This document shows, piece by piece, positions 14,201 through 24,600 of a stretch of 64,000 nt of DNA. Origin of the DNA: Antedon mediterranea (lineage: Eukaryota; Animalia; Echinodermata). Position numbers and translations under genes: made by a program. The stretch's first letter is position 1, and each line of letters starts with the position of its first letter. The notes beneath the pieces were generated by a model, which made no database searches, was not told where the DNA came from, and saw only the letters and a list, made by a program, of their open reading frames with translations. The DNA lies in assembly GCF_964355755.1 (NCBI RefSeq), contig NC_092671.1:2976001-3040000 (forward strand). The letters are read 5' to 3'.

Positions 14201-17200
14201 AAGGGGTACAGAGTATGTATGTAGGATAAAAATACTTGATCTTCCTACGTTAGTTTATAGAAGAAAGAGAGCTTCTCTGATCCATGAAAGGATTCGATAA
14301 ATTGGACACTGAAACCTTTTTTAATATGTCAACTATCCATTATACTAGAGGTCATTCTTTCAAACTGTTAAAGCCGCGGGTCAAAACTAAATGGGGATCA
14401 AATAATTTTGAAGCAAGAGTAGTTAATGATTGGAACGCTTTGCCGAGAGTTGTTGTGGAGTCAAAGTCATTGAATCAGTTTAAGTCTAATTTGAAAGAAC
14501 ACTGGAAAAACCACCACCAGAAGTTTCAGCCGTATGATTGTTCCATTTCTTGCAAAAACCGGACCACTTTAGTTCTCGTAGCTACCGTACATCCCTGTGT
14601 ATTATTTTAAAAAACAATTTACTTACACCGGCATCGTCTACAAGGCTTTGTTCCACTTCAATGCAATATCTTATTGTTCGTACAAAATTTAAAGGCGATA
14701 TACTCCATCGTTGCTATAAATATAAAACATACAAGGCATTAATAATCAATTTCTAATATCACAGTATAATCCAATGCTATAAATATTTTAAATTGTATTT
14801 TTATATTATCAATAACAATTGAAAAAACATATTACCTATAATAATAAGTATAACATAAGAATAATACAGAAGGGAATTAACAATAAGGAATTTCATATAA
14901 AAGGCATAATCCAAAGTGTATGAATAAAACAGTAAATGACATTAAACTCAAATTAAATGTAAAAACATAATTGGATAAAAAGACATTACAGATCATTAAT
15001 TACATTTCCAATAAAATACTAAGAAATTAGTATGAATAAAAGATAACTGTATTTATTAATACATGTGCAAAAATGATAGCATTCTATTGTAGTAAAATCT
15101 AGCAAAGATCCCAGTAACTGGCTCGGGTTTGGCCAGTCAAACAAATGGGAATTTGTAAACTCGGACTGGGCTTGCGCAAAACTTAGAGGGCGTCTGGGAG
15201 AAGAGAGTATATTGAGATGTATGCAGACAGTTAGTCTATAAGACCTGTTTTCGTTTTCGCTGCTTCTTAAATTATCAAATAGAATATCAATTTTTAAAAA
15301 AGACAATAATTAACAATTAATTATTACATCAAAATGTCGAGCAGCATTTTTTGTAAGAAATATTTCTTGTTTCATATATATTTCATAATTTGTATAAATT
15401 ACCATGTATATTTTTCAATTTGTTTACTAATACCGTATAGTATTCTATTTTGTTTCTAATTTTCATGTGATTTGGGATTGATAGATTTAATGTTCATTAT
15501 GTTACGACAGATTCATTAATTTTCTTATTAGTTTCCTTTCCATTTCTGTCATGGCTAGAATACATGTCATCCAATTCTAATTACATGTCTCTAACTACTA
15601 CAGTATATCTATCATAGTTATCTTGTCTTATCTGGTCATTCTCATCTCCATGCTATTGTTAATTTAACTTTAGGCCATGGCAAATAAATTACATGGTTCT
15701 CATCATCAGTCGGCCACATGAAATATTTGGTCCATCATAAAAAATGTTCATTTGTATACATTGGAATCAGGGATTCTAAAGAAACGAACATGAGAAGGAT
15801 ATGAACATAAGAAGGATATGAACATAAGAAGGATATGAACATAAGAAGGATATGAACATAAGAAGGATATGAACATGTTTTAACACTACAACTACAGTAA
15901 AGCTCTGTCTACTGTACACCCATCAAAAATAAAATAAATCTAGAAAATCTCTACTTTAGCTCTGAACTTTGATTTTTTAGATCTTTGACGTAACTTAATG
16001 CATTTAACATTCAAAGTTTTGTAATTAACGTGTGTCTGGTATTATAGGATCACTACAAACGTCATCATTTTATGAACTATACTGAATACTCTTAAAATCT
16101 TGTTCACACTAGACCATTCTCCTTTAAGCTCTGTATACACTATCAAACTAGTTTGACAAAAGAATGTGATGTGCCTAAAAATGGTAGTGATATGCCCAAA
16201 TATGGTATTGATATGACATCATTATGTCCATATATGGGCACGACCTTTTTTGTCACATAAACTTTGATAGTGTAGACAGAGCTTAGGTAAATGTAGACAG
16301 CATTATGATTGGACTTTTTGAACTTTACCAAAGTCTTTCGAAAAGCTTTTAAAACAGGATTTCAAAATAAACATAGATTGTAGGTATGTCTATGTTTCTT
16401 TCCTGTCTAGACGATAAACAACATTAATAATTAAAAAATCTAGGAGTAAGAACAATATGCATATTATTATTCTATGAATTATGTATGAAATACGTATTTC
16501 CCAAAAGATTTCAGAAAAGTGTAGCATGCAAAACTTAAATTAAAATCTTTCCTCTCATGCAAGTATTTAAATAAACTGTATTCCAGATTATAAATTAAAT
16601 TCTTCAATATTTCATCCATGTTACATCACCATGACAACCATTAAACATTAATATAGGTTACCGTATGCAATTTTTAATGAACAAGAAACATGTCTGATTC
16701 ATAATTATCAGTGGATTTACTCCAATATGTTGTAAATTTTCTCACGATGAGTTACTGTAGGAGTGATTAACTCATCTGGCTCATCTACCATACTATTTAC
16801 ATACCGTATTTATTTGATTTTAGGTGGGAGGGGCGTTTATTTAATGGAGGTGTTTATTTAAAGCGGGGTGTTTATTCGAATAAATACGGTATGAATTTTG
16901 TGTGTAATTTTGTATTCCTTTAAACAACATTATGGTGAAATAAAGAAAGAAGATCTACAGTACAGTATCAATCACATGCCATACATTTTATTTCAAAATC
17001 TAAACCATTATTAAGGGACACCACACAAGCTATTATGCCAGTGTCACTAGTTAATGTAACAAATCATGTCGGAAATGATGACAAAACCACAATATTCCCT
17101 CTTAATTAATTGTACTGTAAGATAAACAATGTGTGACGTTTCAACTAATGATTTAAGAAAATAAACTAAGCTTACATCTAACTCTCTTGCAAATTGGTTT

Positions 17201-19426
17201 AGCTTCAGTCGGATTGGAAACATCATTTCATCTGACAATCCTGATGCTTTCTGGTTTACTTGCTGGATGAGTTCTTGCAGCAGCATCCTGGCATTTGGTT
17301 CCATACTAAGGTCATCGACATTGATGCCTTGCCTAACAAGAAAAATGTTTACCTCTTTTTATAATACTGTACCATGGAGATATAAAAATAAGCTGCGTCT
17401 TAAGCTCTGTCTACACTATCAAACTAGTTTGACAAAAAAAGTGTGGTGTACCTAAATATGGTAGTGATATGCCCAAATATGGTAGTGATATGACATCATC
17501 ATGTCAATATGGGCATATCACATTTTTTTTTTGATACAGTAGTGTAGACAGAGCTTAAGTAATGAGTAATACCCATGAAATTGCAAGAATGATGGGGTCT
17601 CAAGTGGGTGTCTTCACCGGTCGGTGGGAAAAAATAAAACAGTTTACTTGTCTACACGATCAAACTTTATGTGACAAAAAATGTGATGTGCCCATATATA
17701 GACATGATGATGTCATATCACTATCCTCTTTGGGCATATCACTACCCTCTTTGGGCACATCACACTTTTTTTAGTGTAGACAGAGCTTTAGGCACCCAGA
17801 GGTTTCTTGAGTTGGGTGCTGTTGCAATTTAGGCTAGGTGGAAGGCATTACCAAGATGGGTATGAGATTTTGAAGTTGGCTTTACACACTGTACCCACCT
17901 CTCTGCCTAATTACACGAATGATGTATTGCACCACTGCCATAATGACACAAAAACAAACCCACCATGGATATAAATAAGCCCACTCTGATATGATTAAGC
18001 CCACTTTGGATATAAGCCCACTCTGATACAGTATGATTAATCCCATTTTGGATATAGGCACACTCTGATATGATATGAAGTTGACTATGATATGATTTGG
18101 GTATAAATAGGCCCACTCTGATATCAATAAGCCCACTTTGGGTATAAATAAGTAATCCTTTAAATGTACAGAGTAATGTTGTTTTATAGAATGACTCATT
18201 TCAAAATTCTGCTGTGCCCACCTTGGACAGAATGGGGTAGGCCTACAGTACATTCAAGACTTTTAAGAATATAAAACTGAAATATTAATAATCTTAAATC
18301 TATTCATTGATTGAAAATGAATATTGCATGATATTTTTAAGGAAAATCAGACGATCTTTGCCTTATAACTTATATTATGAAAAAACATCAAGGCCAGTTC
18401 TTAAACAACTAATGAACAGTATAAACACATCAAATACATGAACCCAGTTTTAAGCTACCTGGATAATTTCCGATGACATGACACATATCAAATAAAGAGG
18501 CCCTGGAAATTTATTTTTAACACATTGGATTTTCCCCCATTGATATCAGATTACGGCTTACATTGTATTATCATGTAAATCTGATCCAGTCATGATATAT
18601 TTCCAACCAATGGCCTGCATCTTGTCTTTTTAAAAAGGGTGTATAGCTGAATTTAACTTAGGTAGTACAATAACTATTTACTGAACTGCGTCATGAGATC
18701 AAGAAACCTAACTTGCTTAACTCGGGGCTCTTACTACACTGTACTGTATATAAAGTAACTTGCTAATAAAATGTCCTGGTTGTAATAATATAACAGGTGG
18801 GTTTACAGTGTCACACAATATTTAGGCCTATAGCACTGCACATCAATTTCAAAAACACAGTGCAATAGTGTCTTTAATAATTAAAATTAGAGAAAATAAT
18901 GCATTGCATGTGATATGAAATCAACCAATCAAATAGTAAGGATATACAAAGTACTGTACATGGCAACTTCTGAAGGGAGGTGGTTTTTTCTTTAGGTCAA
19001 CAGCACTCTATTTATTATCGAGAGGTAGCGTGTGTGCAGTGTGTGACTCGCAAGCGATATTGCATGGTGGAGTGTTCAGGAAAAAAATAATGACTGCAGA
19101 TGGTTGTATAATGGATTAAATATCGTAAATTTGCATGCGTGTTATATTTTAATGCACAAAACAACACATACTGTACATCAAAATTCAGTTATCTTTGAAA
19201 ATGTGCAAAACCAGAAGCACAATATTAGGCCGGAAGACAGTCTAAAAAACAGGAGTGTTGGCATGTATGAGATGTGTTATAATATTTTAACCTACCAATC
19301 TTGAGCCTCAATCCATGAGGCACAGTAATATCTGATTTCCATTGGGAATTGTGTATGCATGTACAAGGCCTGCAGCTTTTGCAAGTCCTCTCCCTGCAGC
19401 TGCTGTAAGCGTAGTATAAGAGACAT
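2130..19426 (-). CDS. STAT5: STAT5/STAT6-like signal transducer and activator of transcription, multi-exon, 3'-partial (N-domain, coiled coil, DNA-binding domain, linker, start of SH2)
   Basis: 15 GT-AG exons join in one frame (1906 nt using one copy of exon 12). Motifs: [102 protein letters not shown]. Confidence 0.96.
2489..2644. mobile_element. About 160-bp MITE family A (PIF/Harbinger-like), representative full copy
   Basis: TIR AGCTCTGTCTACACTATCAAACT...AGTTTGATAGTGTAGACAGAGCT with TTA/TAA-type flanks. Other copies or fragments at about 131-274, 6289-6449, 7427-7592, 10584-10685, 12935-13080, 15899-15920, 16126-16284, 17402-17556, 17649-17789, 22657-22693, 27810-27927 and 52141-52236. 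Confidence 0.88.
2836..2930 (-). CDS. STAT5: STAT coding exon 14 ([32 protein letters not shown])
   Basis: CAG acceptor, GTAATT donor, 95 nt. Not in the ORF track. Confidence 0.95.
3697..3897 (-). CDS. STAT5: STAT coding exon 13, linker ([20 protein letters not shown]...LSWSTFNR)
   Basis: TAG acceptor, GTCAGT donor, 201 nt. Confidence 0.94.
4464..4556 (-). CDS. STAT5: STAT exon 12b, alternative copy ([31 protein letters not shown])
   Basis: CAG acceptor, GTAAGT donor, 93 nt, phase 0-0; canonical STAT5/6-type motif. Confidence 0.92.
4892..4984 (-). CDS. STAT5: STAT exon 12a, alternative copy ([31 protein letters not shown])
   Basis: TAG acceptor with a long U-rich tract, GTAAGT donor, 93 nt, phase 0-0. 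Confidence 0.9.
5514..5580 (-). mobile_element. tRNA-derived SINE head / tRNA pseudogene
   Basis: A-box TGGTGTAATGA and B-box GGTTCAAGTCC; stems imperfect. Confidence 0.55.
6071..6151 (-). CDS. STAT5: STAT coding exon 11 ([27 protein letters not shown])
   Basis: CAG acceptor, GTAAGT donor, 81 nt; VTEE motif. Confidence 0.95.
6289..6449. mobile_element. MITE family A copy
   Basis: Same TIRs and internal GTGATGTGCCCATATATGGACATGATGATGTCATAT. Confidence 0.88.
6574..6703 (-). CDS. STAT5: STAT coding exon 10 ([43 protein letters not shown])
   Basis: TAG acceptor, GTAAAT donor, 130 nt. Not in the ORF track. Confidence 0.95.
7143..7325 (-). CDS. STAT5: STAT coding exon 9, start of DNA-binding domain ([14 protein letters not shown]...NNLGM)
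   Basis: CAG acceptor, GTGAGT donor, 183 nt; close match to the STAT5 motif. Confidence 0.96.
7427..7592. mobile_element. MITE family A copy (reverse orientation)
   Basis: Same TIRs; TTA on both sides. Confidence 0.85.
8517..8587. repeat. 14-bp tandem repeat (AATCTGGTACCTTT) x5
   Basis: Read directly. Confidence 0.9.
8720..9440. repeat. 69-bp tandem array derived from the STAT exon 8 / intron junction (about 10 copies)
   Basis: ACTCAC (donor, reverse complement) at 8754, 8823, 8892, 8961, 9030, 9098, 9167, 9236, 9305 and 9374. Confidence 0.95.
9380..9535 (-). CDS. STAT5: STAT coding exon 8 ([19 protein letters not shown]...[11 protein letters not shown])
   Basis: TAG acceptor, GTGAGT donor at 9374-9379, 156 nt. 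Confidence 0.93.
10380..10531 (-). CDS. STAT5: STAT coding exon 7 (SLAEKHKQ...[28 protein letters not shown])
   Basis: TAG acceptor, GTATGT donor, 152 nt; WKRRQQLAG motif. Confidence 0.95.
11127..12187. repeat. 64-bp intronic minisatellite, about 16 copies
   Basis: Unit AATGTCACATACATTGAGTACCCAAGTCAATGATAATTTAACATCATGTGACCAGTATTTGGCA; some units carry a 4-bp insertion. Confidence 0.95.
12435..12571 (-). CDS. STAT5: STAT coding exon 6 ([16 protein letters not shown]...QHLLTMRI)
   Basis: CAG acceptor, GTAAGT donor, 137 nt, phase-consistent coiled coil. Confidence 0.88.
13108..13189 (-). CDS. STAT5: STAT coding exon 5 ([27 protein letters not shown])
   Basis: TAG acceptor, GTAAGT donor, 82 nt; resembles STAT5 [22 protein letters not shown]. 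Confidence 0.9.
13531..13611 (-). CDS. STAT5: STAT coding exon 4 ([27 protein letters not shown])
   Basis: CAG acceptor, GTATGT donor, 81 nt; resembles the start of the STAT5 coiled coil. Confidence 0.85.
13745..14052. mobile_element. Degenerate CAGTAGAACC...GGTTCTACTG (pogo/Tigger-like) MITE family B
   Basis: GGGACACC repeats and a TTCTACTGTA end; related remnants at about 2408-2740, 9930-10010, 41855-41980, 43305-43480, 45915-46045 and 49493-49695. Confidence 0.6.
14090..14540 (+). mobile_element. CR1-like LINE 3' fragment (end of the RT ORF)
   Basis: [11 protein letters not shown]...[16 protein letters not shown]...LPTLVYRR and TRGHSFKL...[10 protein letters not shown]...SLNQFK motifs; frameshifted. 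Confidence 0.85.
14627..14713 (-). CDS. STAT5: STAT coding exon 3 ([29 protein letters not shown])
   Basis: TAG acceptor, GTAAGT donor, 87 nt; resembles STAT5 PLELVRCIRHILYNEQRLV. Confidence 0.88.
15786..15876. repeat. 17-bp tandem repeat (GAACATAAGAAGGATAT) x5
   Basis: Read directly. Confidence 0.9.
16126..16284. mobile_element. MITE family A copy (reverse orientation)
   Basis: Same TIRs. Confidence 0.88.
17176..17332 (-). CDS. STAT5: STAT coding exon 2 ([25 protein letters not shown]...FARELD)
   Basis: TAG acceptor, GTAAGC donor, 157 nt, phase fits neighbours. Confidence 0.92.
17402..17789. mobile_element. Two adjacent, oppositely oriented MITE family A copies (17402-17556, 17649-17789)
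   Basis: Same TIRs and internal motifs. Confidence 0.85.
17960..18150. repeat. Degenerate tandem repeat (AAGCCCACTCTGATAT core)
   Basis: Recurrent GCCCACT motif. Confidence 0.7.
19296..19426 (-). CDS. STAT5: STAT coding exon 1 ([44 protein letters not shown])
   Basis: ATG at 19426, CAG acceptor at 19448-19450, GTAGGT donor; STAT N-domain motif. Not in the ORF track. Confidence 0.92.
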
Positions 19427-22400
19427 CACTACCTTTCTACTTCAGATCTGCAAAAACAATAACAAACTATACTTTAAATTTGCAAAATACACAAACCAAT
19501 GCAATGCATTGAGCTTGCCTTGCCTTGCCAAGATAGGAACTTGTAACAGTCCTTTGATCTTATGTCTGGCTGCGGCAAATACCAACAGTACTGTACTATG
19601 TACATATTCTTTGCGACGCGCAGTGTCTGTTGAGGTGCGTACAACCGATTGTGTCGCAGCCTATAAACACAAATGGTCTCTGGACAGATCTCAGCATCCT
19701 GTTGTTAGATTGCCCTGTACAAACTAACAGTGAGTGTTAACAGCAGCACTGGCTATTATTGGTTTATCCAGGTAAGCTACAGTAGCTAAATAGACTATAT
19801 ATACTATGCAAAACGATGAATGCAAAACAATTGTTATGCATAAATGGTGTTTTTGTCACATGTAAATGACACACGACCATTGGATAATGAATTTTAGCAT
19901 ACGTCCATCCCAAATTGTACAAATGTTTAATCGTAGTGTTGTTAATATACACTGTATGCCAAATCTTTTTTTGCAGGGCACAAAATCATCAGTTATGCAG
20001 AAGAATTGTTATTATAACATAAATGATGTTTTGTCACATGTCAATGACACGTAATTTTGATATTGAATTTTGACGCATGTTCATGCATCCCAATTGTTTA
20101 CAAAATAATGTTGAATGCGTCAAAATAAAAATCTCTATTCATCATTTAACACACAATAGACGCACAAATTAGATCGTTGTATGAAAATATGGTAATACAC
20201 TTTTAATAGCGTATGCACAATAATGAGAAGAAAAAAAGACAAAAACAGATTCCATACTCACTCCATATCGTACAACAAACATTTTGATTCAGATATCGTT
20301 TCAAATAAAAAATAGCAAACAGTTGGTTTTTTGGAAAATTGTTTAAAAAATTGGTGGCTATGGTACAGTACAGTACATGATAAATATAATTTAATAATAA
20401 TAAACTCTAAAAAAATGAATAAATTAAAATTTAATTATGACAATAAATGATTATACCATTATCAGTTTTTAAATAAAAATGAATAAATTACAATTTAATT
20501 GGACATACAACAATAAATAATTATACCAATATATTCTTTTTAAAATTAATTAATCCAAAGCAAACATCATAATGGCAGTTGTACACGTTGGTTCAGATTC
20601 TTTATATTTACAGAAAAATTAATATGAATCAATTACCACACAGTATGCAGCAATTAACATTTTTTTGTAAACATTAATATAAAATACCTGATATTAAAAT
20701 GTCAACAAAATGTCAAACTACAGTTAAAAAACCAGAACAAAAATCTGTATATTTCTATATTTTTTAATTTTTATATGTATATTTGTATGTGGTCAGCATT
20801 TGGAAAATTAATTTTCAACATGAATTTTTTATGATTGACCAATAAACTTAACTCAACTCTTTTTCATAAAATTTAAAAAATAAATATTCACCGTCAAGAA
20901 ACTTTTAATTTATTAATAACTATACAGTATATCAAGAAGCACTGTGTAAAGAAATAATAATTTAATCAAATGGTAATGTTCATTTTAATTGACCTAACCC
21001 TATTTCCCCAGGGTAGGTCTGAATGGATTATATTCACCGAGGAGCACCTTTTAATTTTTTTATAAACAACTTCCGCCTGAGAAAGATACTATCATTTCAA
21101 TGACAATCGTCGTTTCAAAAGTATAATGGTTTTTAAAGGCAATAAAGAATAATTACAAGGTGTGCAATTAAATGTGGAGGCCAAGTATCACAAAGCAACA
21201 CAAACCTTTTAGATTTTAAGTTGAGAAAGTCAATTTATTTATAGACTTTCAGCAAAGAACCATGCGCTGTATTACCGATATAGTATCTACTAACAATGTG
21301 GTAGTTTAGTCAATAGAGCATTTTGAGGATGCAACAATAACAGCTCCAATGTGAATTGTCCTTGTCATGCAAGTATAATGCCTAATTGACCTCAAATTTT
21401 CATATACCCCGACCTAAAAAAACTGCAAGTAAGTTCTAACAATTAAAGAAAAACTGTAAAATAAAAAGAACATTAAATATATACAAAATACTGTACATGT
21501 CATGTTAATTACGCTAGCTTGATACAGTATATAAATATATTAAATTACTGTATGTTAAATCAAGTACTGTAAGCTTTAGCTTTCTGTAGGCTAAACTGTA
21601 TCCTTGATTGAAAATGTATTATGTTCTTGTATTATACTTCGTAACAACTCCACAAAAGAAATCCACATTGGTATGTTGGGATGTTCCCACATGAGGGCAT
21701 GGTTGCAGACAAGTCCATTATGGTACAGTGGGTGTTCTAGGAACTTTTCAATTTCCGTATCTAAACCCTCCCTCTGGAGAGCTATTGTCGGTTCATCCAG
21801 GTAAGCTAGTCACGAAATAGACAAGAAAGGAATTGTGTGTGATGCAGTTCAAATAGTTCAAGTATACCGTACTTCAGGACATTCCAGTTGAATCTACCAA
21901 TATAATTAACAAATCCAGGAACTATAGCACAATAACAAACTAAACATAGACTATTCTTGGAGCCATTATTAACCCACAAATAAGAAAGATCATGGACTTT
22001 AAGAAGCACATAAAATAACAGAGAAAAATAATTTGTTTTTCTTGAAGCCTTTAGGCAATTCAACTTCAATTACAAAATTGCAAAATACCAGAGAAGCCCC
22101 TCAATATGTTAGTTTAACTCAAATTAATATTTTCCAAAAAATATTCTTTAAAATACAATTAGTCCTAACTAAACAGATAATGTGTATCTGTACAGTGATA
22201 CTGTATTTGATAAACTGAGTGTGCTTATGTTATACTCTGTACAGTAACCCCACTGTAAAGACACTAGGTAAAAGACCATCTATTTTTAGAAAAGAAAAAT
22301 TACCTTGAACTGGTTTATTGCCAACCACTCAAGGTCAGTGTTTTTTAAAAAATTATTGAAACCGGTTTAATTTGTCTAGATATAAAGAACGGTTTATTTT

Positions 22401-23857
22401 TTTTCTGGCTTTTTTGTCAGTTTGTATCTGGGTTAAGCAGGCTAATCTACAAATTGACAATTATTTTGTATTCACAATTAATGTACGTTTGAGGATTTTA
22501 CCCAGGGGCTGGTTATTTTCAATTTTCAATATTCTTTATTTGATCATACATACGGTAACTAAAAATTTGATTTTAATTTTGTTCGCAATTACACTAAAAC
22601 AGCAAAACAAAAAAATGAAGTGATTAAAATAATCACTGTAGATTTTTATTTAGATAAGCTCTGTCTGCACTATCAAACTTTATGTGAAAAAATATTGGTA
22701 AAAATTATACTGCTGCAGTAGTATGTAATGGTAGATTACTGCTTACATTTCAATAAAAAATATGTAATTATTGCAATAACTGCATTAGAATAATTCTAAT
22801 ATGGTCCCTTAAATAATAAAGTCTCATGTGAACAACTGCTCATGAGCATATAAAAACCTTTGTTTTTATGACGTGCCAATCAACTATGCAGTTTTTGAAT
22901 AAAATATGAATTTTATTTTATGCAGATTCAGAAACATGAACATGTACAGAATGACTTTTGTACTCAACAGCCTGCATAGTCGTGGAGTCTTCAAAATGAT
23001 AGCTTCCTATTGCCTTGGTGTACTGTAACCCGGACAGCTCTCCGGTCTTATGTCAGGCAACTTTAAACTTTTTATTTTTTTTTTATCTTTAAACAATCAT
23101 TTTTATCTGTACATAATATTTATATATATATATTTTTTAGATTCAATTTTAATGATTGTTCAACTTGATGCCTCGCAATTTTAAATTTTTATATCTTTGT
23201 CTTTTTATGGTTTACTTATATGTTCAAGTGCAGTATATGGAGAGCCATCTCGATAGTGCTTTGCACTCATGGCAATCCTCAGGGTGCTGCACCGCTGTCT
23301 TGTTGTCATGTATTTTTGTGCCTGAAAATTGAATAAAATAAAAAATAAAAATAAAATAAACCCAAGTTGCTCATGAGCATTATTTTTGTTGTGAACGATA
23401 AACTATCAGTCGTGATTAGGGTAAACAATAATTTTAGTCGCATGACAGGCATAAAAACTAGTAGTACTGTATTTCCATGTGTACATTCGGTATAAATTCT
23501 CTCTTTCAATCGTCGATACTCCTACAGAAATGCTACAGGTAATTAGAATTAGTATTCAGCAATGTATTCTCCGTGGATGACAGACACTTTCATACAAAAT
23601 AATAAATAAAGTGAAATTCATTTAATTTGCATACTCCCATAGAGATTACATCGAGATAGTAAGGAATGGCGAGCAAAATGTCAGTCTACTAGCGAAAGGT
23701 CAAATCGTTATTTTGCAAGACTTTTTATTCATAGTCTACGTTGAAATTCTATCAAACAAAAATACTAACGAAACGTTTTGTGATAGTTAAAAGTAAAACT
23801 ACAGTACATGGAAAACCCAGGTAATAAAAACTGAATCATGATACATATCTATTATAT

Positions 23858-24600
23858 ATGGGCACATGGTACAGACATGGGCACATGGTACAGACATGGG
23901 CACATGGTACAGACATGGGCACATGGTACAGACATGGGCACATGGTACAGACATGGGCACATGGTACAGACATGGGCACAGGGTACAGACATGGGCACAG
24001 GGTACAGACAAGGGCACAGGGTACAGACATGGGCACAGGTACAGACATGGGCACAGGGTACAGACAAGGGCACAGGGTACAGACAAGGGCGCAGGGTACA
24101 GACATGGGCACAGACAGGGTACAGACATGGGCACATGCTACAGACATGGGCACATGGTACAGACATGGGCACATGGTACAGACATGGGCACATGGTACAT
24201 ACATACTGTAGGCACATGGTACAGACATTGGCACATGGTACAGACATTGGCACATGGTACAGACATGGGCACAGGGTACAGACAAGGGCACAGGGTACAG
24301 ACAAGGGCACAGGGTACAGACATGGGCACAGGGTACAGACAAGGGCACAGGGTATAGACATGGGCACAGGGTACAGACAAGGGCACAGACATGGGCACAG
24401 GATACAGACATGGACACAGGGTACAACCAAGGGCACAGACAAGGGCACAGGTTACAGATATAGGCACAGACATGGGCACAGAGTATAGACATGGGCACAT
24501 GGTACAGACATGGGCACATGGTACAGGCATGGGCACATGGTACAGATATGGGCAGGGTACAGACATGGGCACAGAGTACAGACATGGGTACAGACATACT
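23858..24600. repeat. 19-bp minisatellite (ATGGGCACATGGTACAGAC), with a detached remnant at about 24845-24910
   Basis: Read directly; explains the stacked Cys/His-rich ORFs. Confidence 0.97.

Noticed and set aside
107-17774. Recurring short ORFs containing [18 protein letters not shown]
   Set aside because: Translations of MITE family A copies, not a peptide family.
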